A stretch of 64,000 nucleotides of DNA, taken from NCBI GenBank assembly GCA_030167865.1, contig JALAGF010003802.1, positions 1-64,000 on the forward strand. The letters are read 5' to 3'. The stretch's first letter is position 1. The number at the start of each line of letters is the position of its first letter. Shown here piece by piece: positions 34,793 to 47,482 of the stretch. The DNA is from Craspedostauros australis. Lineage: Eukaryota. The translations under genes and the position numbers were made by a program. Under the pieces are notes generated by a model. That model was not told the origin of the DNA and searched no databases. It was given only the letters and a program-made list of their open reading frames with translations.

Positions 34793-37625
34793 ATGGTTTC
34801 CAAAGGACTCGCGGGTGCCGTCACCTTCCTGATGGGCGTCGCCTCTTCGGCTGCCTTCGTGCCAGCCTCTTTCGGCGTCAAGCAGCAGGTACGTGACGAT
34901 GTCCGCAGTATGCCGGCCTGCGCCAGACGAAGCCGATCCAAACCAAGCCGTGATGACTTGTGGAGAATCCCCGGTGATGTCTCCGAATCTTCTGCGGCAT
35001 GGTGCTCCCTTGATGCAGCATCAGCAGCAGAAGCGCAAGCAACAATAGAGATGACAACGAATTGATCGTCACTCAATTGCCGATGTAAAGAAGAGGCAGC
35101 AAACCGTCATCTCCAGCCTTCACTGCCGCTGCTGTTATGGGTCACCTTTCCAAAGCGCACAACCGGAAGACTCTTTCCATTCTAGATCCATCGGCAAAGT
35201 CACGATCACATCCTCTTCCAACCATGGTTGCAACCATGGCTGCCTGCTTGTCTCCCTTTCCGCCTCCCTTCTGCGATGAAGAAACGTACCTTGCTCACCA
35301 TCAACATTCCCATCACATCGCATCATATCCTTCCCGTGCTTCCATTTCGTCGACAACATTGACGCCAACCATGACGAACCCTACGACGGTGACTGCGAAT
35401 GTGGCCATGAACGCGACGATCGATGAATGAAAACGCAGGTCACTGCCCTCAACATGGCAGCCCAGCAGGTTGACAAGAAGGTCGCTTCCTCCGCCAAGCA
35501 GCGTGAGGTCGACCTCGACCTGTACCGTAACATCGGTATCATGGCACACATCGATGCCGGAAAGACCACCACCACTGAGCGTATTCTCTTCTACACCGGA
35601 AAATCCTACAAGATCGGTGAGGTCCACGAGGGAGGTGCCACCATGGACTGGATGGAGCAAGAGCAGGAGCGAGGAATCACCATCACTTCCGCCGCCACCA
35701 CCTGCGAGTGGAAGGACCACAGAATCAATATCATCGACACACCAGGTCACGTCGACTTCACCCTCGAGGTCGAGCGTTCGCTCCGTGTTCTCGATGGTGC
35801 CGTCGCCGTCTTTGATGGTGTCGCCGGTGTCGAGCCACAGACCGAGACTGTCTGGCGTCAGGCCGACAAGTACAAGGTCCCACGTATGTGTTTCTTGAAC
35901 AAGATGGACCGTACTGGTGCCGACTTCTACTTCTGCGTCAAGACCATCATTGACCTTCTCGGAGCCACCCCAGCCGTCCTCCAGCTCCCAATCGGATCTG
36001 AGGGCGACTTCCTCGGAGTCATCGACCTCGTCACAATGGAGGCCGTCGTCTGGCGTGGTGAGGACCTCGGAGCCTCCTTCGATGTCATCCCACTCGCCGA
36101 ATGCAACGACGTCCCACTCGTCGACGACGAACTCAAGGCCAGGGCCGAAGAGTACCACGAGAAGCTCGTCGAGCTCGCCGTCGAGCAGGACGAGGAGGTC
36201 CTCATGAGCTACCTCGAGGGCGAGGCCCCAGATGTCGACACCCTCCGCAAGCTCCTTCGTCAGGGAACCCTCAACCTGAGCTTCGTGCCAGTCCTCACCG
36301 GTACCGCCTTCAAGAACAAGGGCGTCCAACCACTCCTCGATGCCGTCATCAACTACATGCCTTCCCCGCTCGATGTCGAGGCCATTGCCGGTGTCGACGA
36401 GAATGAGGAGCCGGTCGTCCGAAACTCCTCCGATGCCGAGCCAATGTCCGCCCTCGCCTTCAAGGTTGCCAACGATCCATTCGTCGGTTCCCTCACCTTC
36501 ACCCGCGTCTACTCCGGTGTCATGGAGACCGGTACTTCCGTCTACAACTCTGTCAAGGGAAAGAACGAACGCATCGGACGTATGTTGCAGATGCATGCCA
36601 ACGACAGAACCGAGATCAAGTCCGCCGTCGCCGGAGATATCATCGCCCTTGTTGGACTCAAGGACACCACCACCGGAGAGACCCTCTGCACCCGTGATGA
36701 CGCCGTCATCCTCGAGAAGATGGACTTCCCAGAGCCAGTCATCAAGGTCGCCGTCGAGCCAAAGACCAAGGGTGACCAGCAGAAGATGTCCGATGCCCTC
36801 ATCCGCCTTGCCGCTGAGGATCCATCGTTCCGATTCTCCCGTGACGAGGAGACCGGCCAGACCATCATCGAAGGTATGGGTGAGCTCCACCTCGAAATTA
36901 TCGTCGACCGTATGAAGCGCGAGTTCAACGTCGAGGCCAACGTCGGTGCCCCACAGGTGTCCTACCGTGAGGCCATCACAGCCACCGCCGAGATCGACTA
37001 CACACACAAGAAACAGTCTGGAGGATCCGGACAGTACGCCCGCGTCAAGCTCATCTTCGAACCAAAGGAGTTCAGCGAGGAGGAGGGTGCCATGGACTTC
37101 GAATTCTCTTCCGACATCAAGGGAGGTTCCGTCCCAAGAGAGTACGTGCCAGGTGTCCAGAAGGGTATCGAATCCGTCCTCGGAACTGGCGTCGTCGCCG
37201 GTTTCCCAGTCCTCGGAATGAAGGCGACCCTCATCGATGGAGCTTACCACGACGTCGATTCCTCCGTCATGGCCTTCGAAATTGCGGGACGTGCCGCAAC
37301 AAGAGAAGGTCTGCGAAAGGCCAAGGCCCGTCTCATGGAGCCCCTCATGCAAGTCGACGTTTCTACGCCAGAAGAGTACATGGGTGACATCCTCGGTGAC
37401 ATCAACTCCCGACGTGGCCTCGTTGGAGATTTGGGAGAGCGCGGTAACGTCAAGACTATCAGCGCGCAGGTCCCACTTGCCAATATGTTCCAGTATGTCT
37501 CCACGCTCCGATCCATGAGCAAGGGACGCGCCAACTACTCCATGAAGCTTGCCAACTACGATTTCGTCCCACCAAATGTCGAGGACGAGCTCAAGAAGGG
37601 ATTCACTCTTGACGAGGAAGATTAA
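34793..37625 (+). CDS. fusA: Plastid translation elongation factor G; exons 34793-34888, 35439-37625
   Basis: [32 protein letters not shown] and [12 protein letters not shown] motifs; exon 1 encodes a signal peptide ending SSAA|FVP. Confidence 0.96.
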
Positions 37626-38296
37626 ACCAGAGTATTCTAGAGAGTAAACGTCTGTTTCGTCTTCGACCCAACTCGATGCAGAATGTGGCGTTGCAGGGTC
37701 GCTTGATGATCCTAGCGGATCGGACCGCACTTGATCCGTCTTCCAAACGCTGATTTGCTGTTGCTATCATCCCCTTTGAAAAATGGTAAGGCCATGGCCG
37801 CGACCCTCTGAGGAGACGGATGGCGAACCTGTCGCTGACGCACCAACTCTGGTCCTGTGATCTCCTATCCAATCTGTATGTGGTGTCACAGGTAAATAAT
37901 TTACATATCTTATTTATGAACATAACAATTTATTCACGTGCTATCAAATGGGTTATTGCGTATCTATACCGTTCTAAGACAAGCACATATCAGTCCCGTG
38001 ATATGCACAGCTAGATAATTACACATTTTATAGTATTTACCATGGAACATTGTCAACAAACTGCTTGGTCGGTGGAACACGTCCAAAAATGAATTCCGCG
38101 ATTGCGGTGCCCGTCCTCATCTACGTTGTCTCCGTTGACAGAGCGTATGGAAGGGACCTTCGTGATCATGGCTCATTACTAATACGCCGGCCACCAAAGA
38201 GCAAACATCACAGAAAGGTGAACAGAGTGACTGGCAGTGTTGTCGCAGAAGGTTGCATCAATTGCAACGACATCGTGCACCACGATCGTGCACAAA

Positions 38297-41200
38297 ATGA
38301 GTTCGGCAAAGCTCGGGGCTGACAGCGACAACGACGACAATAGCGACTACAATGGAGACGACAATGGAGACTACAATGGCAACTACAATAGCGGAAATGA
38401 CAGCGAAACCGACGGCGACAATGACAGCCACTTTGATGCCATCGATCTCGCTATCGCCAGTGTTGCTGCCACCAGCAGAAGAATCTCTGGCACTGCGGGA
38501 AGGCGCCAACATGACGGCATTGACAATGGTCAGCATGGTCACGACGATCGCGTCGAGCATCACGGCTGCAACGTCACACACACGACCGAAGAATGGCAAC
38601 GGGTCGCCAACGAACGACCATTCGTGGCGGGAGCTCCAGGCAGTGCTCCGAACGATCATCGTCAACACCAATCCAGTCATGATCGAGGTGATGGCGAGGA
38701 TGAGGAAGAGGATGATAGAGAACAACGTGAGCGCCGTCGAGAACGCATCCGATTCAGCCGCTACAGCATCAGGGACACCGTCGATGCGACAGAGGGTGAT
38801 TACGTTCCTGCAACCACCAACAACATCAATGACAACAGTACCAACAGCAACAGGAACAGGAACGACACCAGCTCCAAGATCAATAGCAACACCAACAGCA
38901 GCAGCGGCGGTGGCAGTGATGCCAGACAAAACCTCCGGAGTGGGCAGCGGGATGATTGCCACGGGGACGATCCAAAGCGTGCTCATCGTCACGGCTTGAG
39001 ATACCGCCATTCCCGCAATCGTCGATATCCCAACAAAGATCACCACCACGAATCACAGAGTGATCGGAGGCAGAGCAGGAGCAGCATTGTAACCATCCAC
39101 GCTCAATCGACAACGACGGCAACAAGGCGAAGAAGAACCATCGAACGATGGCAACGGATGAACTGTGATGCTGTTCAGCACCCCGACGATACCCAAATGC
39201 ATGACAATATCAAACACGAAAAGGCCAAGCGGCAGAAACGAAAGCAGAGCGATAACGTCGACCAGCTGCCCGCATCTACTGTTCGGCGGGACATCCGATC
39301 GGGTGACTCGAACTCTCTCATCGCGCCGGATGCGTTGGACTGGCTGGTGGATCTGGTTCTCGAAGACTCTGTAGACGAATCATCTCATGGCTCAATGCCC
39401 CGCAAAGATGCTGCCCAAGACGCAAACTCGACTGCGGAGAGTGCCGAGACTCGTGCTAGCACGAACTTTTCCAATGGAAGCGTTCATTCTCGTCCTCAGA
39501 GCACCAGCACTCAAGTGCAGGAAGCCTCCGACTTTACCGACGACGATACGGTCGGTCCTCAGATCCAGGACGACGACATGAATGACTATCTGCCACTGCC
39601 GGCAGCTGCACGACCAACACCGCCCCGTGTTCAACCTGCCCGTCAAAGCAATATCCACCCAGGTGCCGTCACCATCAACAACCCTCTTCACGACGGAAAC
39701 GATGACGGCACCATCGGGCAAGCATCGTATGAGTCAGATCCCATCTCGCAAGAATCTGGCGAAACGTCCGTGACAGACCAAGCGCTCATCTCCACACGAA
39801 GGCGACGACCGGGGGTGCAAGAGGCGTTGGCCGTGCAGCAATACGACCCTGTGGCGCATGCAGGATTGTACACTGCCCAAGGCGAAGTCGTTGACGATGC
39901 ATCGACGTGGGGAACAAGCCAGTCGAGATATCGCGAGGATGGTAACGTCCTGCACGCTCGCGCATCGCACGTCCCTCAACCGCTGGGCCAGGAACAGGTC
40001 CTGACTTCGACGGGATCACGCAGACCAAGAGGCAACAGAATCATCAACGTGGTCGATCCTACCCTTGGTGAACCTGTCACCGCTGAAGAGATGGAACGCG
40101 AGATAGTTGATGCTGATGGAAATGTCATTCAATACGAAGAGGACGGGGCAGATGGAAACACCAATGGAAATGAAGGCGCCGGATTCGAGAGCGGTGCCGG
40201 CGGTGACAACAAGAACAACAACGACAACACAACAACATCCAAACGTCGCATTCCGTTGACTCCTCTCACGGCCGTCACGTGCCTATCCTTGGCGATATTG
40301 TTCATCATCGCAACCGTCATGCTCACGAGCGCATGTTCGCTCTTTCCCGAGCTGGGCCAATGCAATGATGACGATTCCGGCAATGGGGCAGGATCAACCC
40401 CCACTCACTCTCCTGCTTCCCCCGCAACGACCTTCCTCACAAGCTTGAGATGCGAAGGATCTGTTGCCGTGGGCATCGACGGAGAGGCGGTCGATTTGCT
40501 ACATGAGGGACCCCCAACAGCCACAGCATTCCAAACATCTGGTGGAGCATCGCGCCACACAACGCAAACAACAATCGGCTGTGATGAGAAACAGTCCTGG
40601 ACTGGATATCATTCATGGATAGCAATCGATGGGCTTGAAACTGATGCCAATGGCGGTGGTGAAGCCATCAACGTCGAAATGGCATCGGATTCTTCGCTCG
40701 CAACATGGATGGTCGCCTTCGATGGAGCAAGTTGCGACGATCTCGGCTGCGCGATAGCATTCGGCAACTGTGCAACAAGACAATGCGCGTTGGTGATTCC
40801 GGCGGCGAAGAGAGAATCTGTGACTGTTGCGATTGGCGGAATGGAGCCATTCGATTACACGATACGATCTCAACTCATCGCGTCAAACGATAGATGCGAG
40901 ATCGCGAGGTCTCTCGATGTCATCCTGTCCACCACATCAGAGTCCGAAGCATCGATGTCATCAACCAAGTCAGCGGTTATCGTGACAGGGTCATACGAGT
41001 ATGCAACACCGGCAGACACATCGTTGGCCTCTTGCGGTGTAAAGTCCGGAGTTGCCACGTGGTACTCAGTGAAGACGAACGTGTCGGGCGTTGTGACTGC
41101 ATCCACTTGCATCGACAACGGCAGTGGCGGCGATAGCAGTGTGGGCAGTACCAATGCTACTCCAGATTCCGCCCAAGGCAACGCCCCCGCTTACATCACT

Positions 41201-44200
41201 GTGTTCACGGGAGATTGCGGCAATTTGCAATGCGCCACCGAGACAAAGAGCGTCTCATGTGGGCTTCGCAATCAGGTGACGTGGTATTCAGAAAGCGACG
41301 AAGAGTACTTCCTCGTTGTTTCTGCTCCACCCGCTGGCCATCCAGATTGGGATCCCGCAGAAGGATTATCCAAAACCAGTACCAGCGCCAGTACCAACGG
41401 TAACGCCAATAACAGGTCTGGTACGACTAGCAGGCGCACCGGGCTCAGGTCGTCGGCATCACCATCAGCACCTGCAGCAATATCCACTTCTGCATCCACA
41501 CTTGACCCAGCGGATGTCGACTACCAACTGTCATGTCGACAAACGGCTGACAATGACATCTGCCACACAGCGCAGCCGATCGATGGGTTCTCGTCCTTCT
41601 CGTTCCGCAAACTGCATGCTTCCCATCACAAGGCGACCAGCGACGACGCACCATCTTGCATACTATCCAGCGTACGGGATGTGGTGGATAGGAGGGGGAC
41701 GTGGTATGTGGTGAATGGAACAGAATCGTTGATGAATATATCCACTTGTCTGGATGATAACTACGGCGATGGTGGGATTCCATTCCAATCTGTCAAAGCG
41801 CAAGTCTTCAAGGGATCGTGCGACGACCTCAAGTGCCTCGACAGTGTTGAGACCGTCTTCAACCGAGGATGCAGGTCTCCTCACGAAACTGGTGCGGAGT
41901 TGGACGGCGACTCCAACTTCAACGAAGTCGCGTGGCAATCTAACCTCGATGAGACATATTTCATCCACATCTCATCCAAGCAAATCCCCAACGAAGAAGG
42001 GACGAATAGCATTGCGCCGGTCGATCCAAGCACAGACACAAACGCCAGCACGAAGAACGGCACAACGACAGATATCGGTCTTTCCCCAAGCCCTGAATTC
42101 GCCTTCTCGATCCAATCGACTGTCCGCAATGACATGTGTGAGGCAGCCATTTCCTTGGATGTCGGCGGCAATGTGTCCGTCCATGCGTCAACGATGGAGG
42201 CAACCGTCCCAATTGAATTCACATCAAGCTGCTACCTTGCATCCCGTGTGGTATCCCCCGGTGTGTGGTACACTGTAGTCGGAGAAGACTCGTACATCAC
42301 CATAAATACTTGCAAATCCCTCGACATGGGACCATTCGAGCTCGATCCCTCGATCTTGGTGCGGTACCCAAGCTTCTCCGACGTAGCCAACCTGCCATCT
42401 TCGCCGAATGAGACCACCTTCCGACTTTTCGACAATCAAATCACTGTGTTGACGGGAAGCAACTGCAACGCCTTAAGATGTGTCGCTGGGCACGATGAAG
42501 AACATGGTGAATGTGTCACCCAAAGCAAGCTCACGTGGTACGCGCAACGCAACCGACGATACTTCATCCTTGTCCACAGCGCATTGTCTGGGATGGGCGA
42601 ATTCATACTGTCCACTGAAAAGCTGACCAGAAGCGAATACGACGAGCGCTGCTACAGCGCAAACTTATTGGAGATCGGAGAGGTTGCTCGTGGTAGCACA
42701 ATTAATTCTTCACCAGCCTTTGGTCCCTACTGTGGTGGTGACTTTGAACCCAGAGGCGCAGCGAAATGGTTCAAGTTTGTCGGCAATGGCAAACGACTCT
42801 TCGCATCCACCTGCAACACCATCACATCCTACAGCTCGAGGATCACTGTGCTTGAGGGTGACGACTGCAGGTCACTAAGTTGCAGTTTCAGCTGGGAGCG
42901 TGGCTTCTGCCCTTTTACAGGCTGGTATGGCAGCGATTCAAAGCAAGCATATATGGAGCTTGACACCAAAGCGAACGTGACATATCACGTGATTGTGCAT
43001 GGGGATCCAGGTCAAGCTGGTAGATTCGGTTTGACTATCAGTGAAGCAATACCGAACGACCAGTGTGATGGGGCTGTGGGGTTGGAATTGGATGATGAAT
43101 CGATTCAAACTTCGAGCATGATAGTCAAGACGAGCGTAGCAGCAGCATGCGACACATCCTTCACTGCAGAGAGCGTTACCATGGATGCGATTTGGTTTGA
43201 GGTCACGAGCCCAGCGGCAAGATCTCAACTGAGTCTTCACATCTGTGCTCTTTCAAGATTCATAGACATGGACGTACATGTATACTCCTACGCTGGCGAC
43301 TGCGCACGCCTTCAGTGCATCACAAGCCAGACTTTCTACAGATGGTCGCCTGGTACATGCACAGACGATACACAGCCGCGCCCCGAATTGACTTGGGTTG
43401 GGGAACCTCATCATACATACCGCATTGCGATCGATGTCAACAATTTCTTCGCTGATAGCAGATTCAAGACGCTGCCGCTCAACATCTCTGTGTCAAGCGA
43501 TCCCGTCAATGACAACGTCGTCTGCCATGCAGCAGATTTAATCGGAATTGGTGATTCCATCAATGGATCATTCAAGAGGGCTGCACAGGATGAAGACATA
43601 ATCAGTTGCTACATCCAGGGGGAATATTTGATTCAAAGAAGGCAAGATCTGGTGGGTGTATGGTATGCCATCATTGGTACAGGTCGGCAGATGATCGCAT
43701 CTTCGTGCCTCGATCAAGTACAAACGACACCAACGATCGTGATAGTGATGGAGGGAGAATGCGGCAATCTCACCTGCATCGATTCCAGCACTCACTTCTG
43801 TGGACTGAATGGACAAGTGATTTGGGAGAGCGAGGTCGGCATGGTCTATCATGTGTGGATCGGGACAGAGAGATTCTCAAAGATCAACTATTCGTTGCAT
43901 GTGGCGGATAGCTCACCAACGTCATCAACGTCGCCATCATTGGTGGTGCCATCAGTAACATCAGCACCAACTCCATGGAAAACTTGGATTGATGTCGACT
44001 TCCCTCCATACGACGAGTGCAAACATGCGGTGACGCTGGAATTGACAAATGATACAAGCAGTACAAGCGACAGTACCGCTGATATGCTGATATCAACTAC
44101 CATGGTGACAAAAGATAACAATGTTGGCATGTGCGGTGCCATCTATCCCCAGGTGATTGGTGGAGCTTGGTTCCGCGTTCATGGAATGAATGAAATGGTG

Positions 44201-46381
44201 AAGATGACGGTTGACACAACAGAACTCGCTGGCGACACTTTGAACCATGTCGAAGATCTCACCAGAAACGCGAAATTCGTCGTGTATCAATCGCGACAGG
44301 AGCTAGAGGCGCCATCATCCGACTGTGAGAGGTTGCAATGCGTGCACGGCAATAGTCAAGATGAGGGAAAGGACGGACCTACATTCGCAACGTGGTTTGC
44401 CGAGGAGGGTGTAAACTACTACGTGTTGGTGTACAACGCACATCCTTCCATTGCTGTGCGCCTGACGCCAATCGAGCACACTCAGGCAGGTGCCACATGT
44501 GGCCACAATGTGGTGAACGGGAAAATCACGAATGTGATCGAACGGGACGTCACAATCCTTTCGATGACCAGAGGGCGCGATGTTCCGAGCGAGCCAGTGC
44601 CGAGCGTTTGTGAGGGCCAAGTCGGCAGCCCACACAACAACGGAGCATGGTTCTCATTCATCGGTGATGGCAAGCGCGTGCGCGCATCCACCAGTAGCAC
44701 GGCTTCGAATACCAATATGACAGTCGTCGTGTACGAAGGTGATAGCTGCGATACGTTGACATGCACAGCAGCAACGCAGCATGAGGATGTCATTAGTATC
44801 ATCTTCGACTCGAGATATACCACTGTGACGAGTCATCAAGTGGCCGATTGGACTACCAAACCTGGCCAAACGTATACCATCTTCGTTCATGCCAATAACG
44901 CTGGGAATGACAACAGCGCCACGAATATCCAGCATCTGTTCGAACTGACCATCAGCACTTTGCGAAGTATGGACACTTGTGACAAAGCTCGGCCTGCTCG
45001 ATTCGGAAAACTGATCCCGTTGATCGAAAGAAATGAGTTGGGACCAGATATCACGGACTCCCAATGCGATGATCCTTCGGCGGGTTGGTGGGACTCTCCT
45101 GGTGCTTGGTACAAAGTTGTTGGAGACGGCACAATGATGGCCGCATCCACCTGCAAAGAAGACTACATCTTACCGCGCCGAAACGACACACATGTGAGCG
45201 TGTATAGCGGTAGCTGCGGTGCGTTAACTTGCGTTGGCCAGAGTCATAAGTACTGCAACGGCGACTCCCAGGTGGCATGGCCAAGCGAAACTGGGACCAC
45301 TTACTACGTGCTGATTCGCCATTCCAAGAGGTCGAGGTCCTTTGACATGCCTAACAGAGAAGGCACGACGCTCGACTCCGTACCACAGGCATCAAGCACC
45401 TGCTCTGGCATCGTTACGACGCCATTGAAGCTGGAAGATGAGATGAAGTTCGTCATACCAGCGTCAATTGAAACCGGCGACCCGGAAAGCCATGACGGAA
45501 ACCTATTACCCAGCTGCGACTTCAAGTACGAGGCATCGTCGAGAAACGCCTTGTGGTTGAGCGTGAAGGGCAGCGGCGGATACTTAATGCTGACGACGGA
45601 AGGGTTTGACACAAGATTCAACTCGACAGTGGAGATCTACGCTGGGCGAGACTGTGATCAGCTGAGCTGTGTCAATGGCGCGGTGCAGTCACGGACCAAT
45701 GGATGGTTGAGTGAAGCCGGTACGATGACTTTTCATCCCAACTTCGCAGATGGTCCGCCCATTTGGCATGGTTCAATCTCCTGGCAAAGCACAATTGCTG
45801 AAGAGTATTTCATCCGCATCGCAAGCGTCGAATCAAATAAAGGGGCCGTGAGCACTGCGGAAGATGTTGGCGAGTCTGCGATGGCAGATAGCAACGCACT
45901 GGCTGGACAGCTTGTGTCAGTCAAAGTGAAGCTGGTGCTGGAGAATGACCATTGCGAGAATGCGATACCATTGCATGACGGCGATGATGTGGTTGTCGAC
46001 GGTCTGCTTGCGACTATTGACGACATGAATCTCTGCAACTTTCCTTGGGATCCGGCATGGAACGAAACACGTTCGGATAACCCTGGTGTGTGGTACAAGA
46101 TCGCGGCATCTGAGTTGGCGGGAGAAAGATTCCAGTTCCAAGGAACGGTGTTGGGAATGCGGGTTACATTTTGCGGTGGGAATGTGTTTACAAAAATTGG
46201 CATTTTTTTGGGCGATGATTGCAGCACATTGAGATGCCATGAGACCATAACAATCTCAACGACGTTTCGTTGCGTGACGTTTGATCTACCGAAGGACCTT
46301 GATGAAGATGTTCGTCTTTTGATGTCTGGCGCGAAAGCAGAGGACAAATTCCACTTTTCGGTTGATCAGATCTACGCCTGA
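38297..46381 (+). CDS. Giant intronless single-pass membrane protein with ~12 tandem Cys-rich extracellular repeats
   Basis: ~2,700-aa ORF with a disordered N-terminus, one TM segment (LTAVTCLSLAILFIIATVML), then repeats of NDxCxxA...W(Y/F)...G.C..L.C...W....Y. Confidence 0.85.
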   Translation: MSSAKLGADSDNDDNSDYNGDDNGDYNGNYNSGNDSETDGDNDSHFDAIDLAIASVAATSRRISGTAGRRQHDGIDNGQHGHDDRVEHHGCNVTHTTEEWQRVANERPFVAGAPGSAPNDHRQHQSSHDRGDGEDEEEDDREQRERRRERIRFSRYSIRDTVDATEGDYVPATTNNINDNSTNSNRNRNDTSSKINSNTNSSSGGGSDARQNLRSGQRDDCHGDDPKRAHRHGLRYRHSRNRRYPNKDHHHESQSDRRQSRSSIVTIHAQSTTTATRRRRTIERWQRMNCDAVQHPDDTQMHDNIKHEKAKRQKRKQSDNVDQLPASTVRRDIRSGDSNSLIAPDALDWLVDLVLEDSVDESSHGSMPRKDAAQDANSTAESAETRASTNFSNGSVHSRPQSTSTQVQEASDFTDDDTVGPQIQDDDMNDYLPLPAAARPTPPRVQPARQSNIHPGAVTINNPLHDGNDDGTIGQASYESDPISQESGETSVTDQALISTRRRRPGVQEALAVQQYDPVAHAGLYTAQGEVVDDASTWGTSQSRYREDGNVLHARASHVPQPLGQEQVLTSTGSRRPRGNRIINVVDPTLGEPVTAEEMEREIVDADGNVIQYEEDGADGNTNGNEGAGFESGAGGDNKNNNDNTTTSKRRIPLTPLTAVTCLSLAILFIIATVMLTSACSLFPELGQCNDDDSGNGAGSTPTHSPASPATTFLTSLRCEGSVAVGIDGEAVDLLHEGPPTATAFQTSGGASRHTTQTTIGCDEKQSWTGYHSWIAIDGLETDANGGGEAINVEMASDSSLATWMVAFDGASCDDLGCAIAFGNCATRQCALVIPAAKRESVTVAIGGMEPFDYTIRSQLIASNDRCEIARSLDVILSTTSESEASMSSTKSAVIVTGSYEYATPADTSLASCGVKSGVATWYSVKTNVSGVVTASTCIDNGSGGDSSVGSTNATPDSAQGNAPAYITVFTGDCGNLQCATETKSVSCGLRNQVTWYSESDEEYFLVVSAPPAGHPDWDPAEGLSKTSTSASTNGNANNRSGTTSRRTGLRSSASPSAPAAISTSASTLDPADVDYQLSCRQTADNDICHTAQPIDGFSSFSFRKLHASHHKATSDDAPSCILSSVRDVVDRRGTWYVVNGTESLMNISTCLDDNYGDGGIPFQSVKAQVFKGSCDDLKCLDSVETVFNRGCRSPHETGAELDGDSNFNEVAWQSNLDETYFIHISSKQIPNEEGTNSIAPVDPSTDTNASTKNGTTTDIGLSPSPEFAFSIQSTVRNDMCEAAISLDVGGNVSVHASTMEATVPIEFTSSCYLASRVVSPGVWYTVVGEDSYITINTCKSLDMGPFELDPSILVRYPSFSDVANLPSSPNETTFRLFDNQITVLTGSNCNALRCVAGHDEEHGECVTQSKLTWYAQRNRRYFILVHSALSGMGEFILSTEKLTRSEYDERCYSANLLEIGEVARGSTINSSPAFGPYCGGDFEPRGAAKWFKFVGNGKRLFASTCNTITSYSSRITVLEGDDCRSLSCSFSWERGFCPFTGWYGSDSKQAYMELDTKANVTYHVIVHGDPGQAGRFGLTISEAIPNDQCDGAVGLELDDESIQTSSMIVKTSVAAACDTSFTAESVTMDAIWFEVTSPAARSQLSLHICALSRFIDMDVHVYSYAGDCARLQCITSQTFYRWSPGTCTDDTQPRPELTWVGEPHHTYRIAIDVNNFFADSRFKTLPLNISVSSDPVNDNVVCHAADLIGIGDSINGSFKRAAQDEDIISCYIQGEYLIQRRQDLVGVWYAIIGTGRQMIASSCLDQVQTTPTIVIVMEGECGNLTCIDSSTHFCGLNGQVIWESEVGMVYHVWIGTERFSKINYSLHVADSSPTSSTSPSLVVPSVTSAPTPWKTWIDVDFPPYDECKHAVTLELTNDTSSTSDSTADMLISTTMVTKDNNVGMCGAIYPQVIGGAWFRVHGMNEMVKMTVDTTELAGDTLNHVEDLTRNAKFVVYQSRQELEAPSSDCERLQCVHGNSQDEGKDGPTFATWFAEEGVNYYVLVYNAHPSIAVRLTPIEHTQAGATCGHNVVNGKITNVIERDVTILSMTRGRDVPSEPVPSVCEGQVGSPHNNGAWFSFIGDGKRVRASTSSTASNTNMTVVVYEGDSCDTLTCTAATQHEDVISIIFDSRYTTVTSHQVADWTTKPGQTYTIFVHANNAGNDNSATNIQHLFELTISTLRSMDTCDKARPARFGKLIPLIERNELGPDITDSQCDDPSAGWWDSPGAWYKVVGDGTMMAASTCKEDYILPRRNDTHVSVYSGSCGALTCVGQSHKYCNGDSQVAWPSETGTTYYVLIRHSKRSRSFDMPNREGTTLDSVPQASSTCSGIVTTPLKLEDEMKFVIPASIETGDPESHDGNLLPSCDFKYEASSRNALWLSVKGSGGYLMLTTEGFDTRFNSTVEIYAGRDCDQLSCVNGAVQSRTNGWLSEAGTMTFHPNFADGPPIWHGSISWQSTIAEEYFIRIASVESNKGAVSTAEDVGESAMADSNALAGQLVSVKVKLVLENDHCENAIPLHDGDDVVVDGLLATIDDMNLCNFPWDPAWNETRSDNPGVWYKIAASELAGERFQFQGTVLGMRVTFCGGNVFTKIGIFLGDDCSTLRCHETITISTTFRCVTFDLPKDLDEDVRLLMSGAKAEDKFHFSVDQIYA

Positions 46382-46649
46382 CGTTGCTCACAAAAGGACC
46401 ACAGGGATATTTACGGACATAACATAGTAACGTGCGTGGCAGCGATACGAGCGTCTTTCAAAGGTCAGATCGGGCATCGTTACACTCCTCCTCTAGTGCA
46501 TTTGGCTCTATGAAATGTACAAGGTCACATTCATCATGTCAATGCAAAAAAAAACAAGGCAATGATGGCTTAGTAGGTGTTTTGTGGATTCCGCATTTTC
46601 AGCACGACGAGCTTCCCATCCTTCTTCGTTCGATTTGCATGTTCCAAAG

Positions 46650-47441
46650 TCATTTTGGTTGAAACAGCGAGCCGGATACCGGGTTCATGCCCAAGAGCAA
46701 TCCCATGACGAAGTTATCCCCACTCAATGTCTTCTCCATCGTTCTGTCCTTCTCGTTCGGAGGAGCTGCAGGCACAGCCGGGGCGGAACGGCTTGTTTCT
46801 GTAAATCCTGCTCCCTCGCCATCGGCGGCGCCGTCGTCATCGCTCCTGCCACTTGTCTTGCTTTTGTTATCCATCTCGTCTGTCGCCTGCGTTACTGGAG
46901 GCTTGTCTTCCTGGACAGTGCATTGTTTGCGGTCGGTTGGTCTTTCCCCCATCCTCTCGTCCTTCCGCTCAATTTCGACGCTGGAATTGGAGGGCGCAGG
47001 TGGATCCTCGGTGCTTAGCTCCGCGTAACCACCAGGCCGAGTTGTAGCGCGAATATCTTCCTTGGGGTCTTCGACAGCCGCTCGTTTCTCATCGTCACCA
47101 CGGGCACGGGCCACGGTATCTGTGGCCTTGCCATTCCTAGATGGATGCACAGCCTCCGCTGGTTCTGCGCCTTGCTCTTCTTCAATCGTCGCTAGATGCA
47201 GATGCGACTGGAGAGGCTCTTGGTCATCTTCGCCGTTATCATCCTTGCCTTGATCGTTGTCATCCTCGCCGTTATCAGTCTCACTGATTTTGCTGTCGTT
47301 GTTGTCAGAGCTGCGACCACTCTGATTCCCGAGCTCTTCAGTCCGTTCTTCTCTCTCCAAATCTGCTTGGTCGGTACCCTGATGGGTGGATTCGGAGTCT
47401 GCAGCCTCTGTTGTTGCTACTGCTGCCACTACTGCCGTTGC

Positions 47442-47482
<41 letters not shown>

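Noticed and set aside
34889-35438. Possible C/D snoRNA in the EF-G intron (GTGATGA at ~34950)
   Set aside because: No matching CTGA D box or terminal stem within a plausible distance.
35313-37730. 805-aa - strand ORF
   Set aside because: Antisense to EF-G; typical codon-bias artefact.
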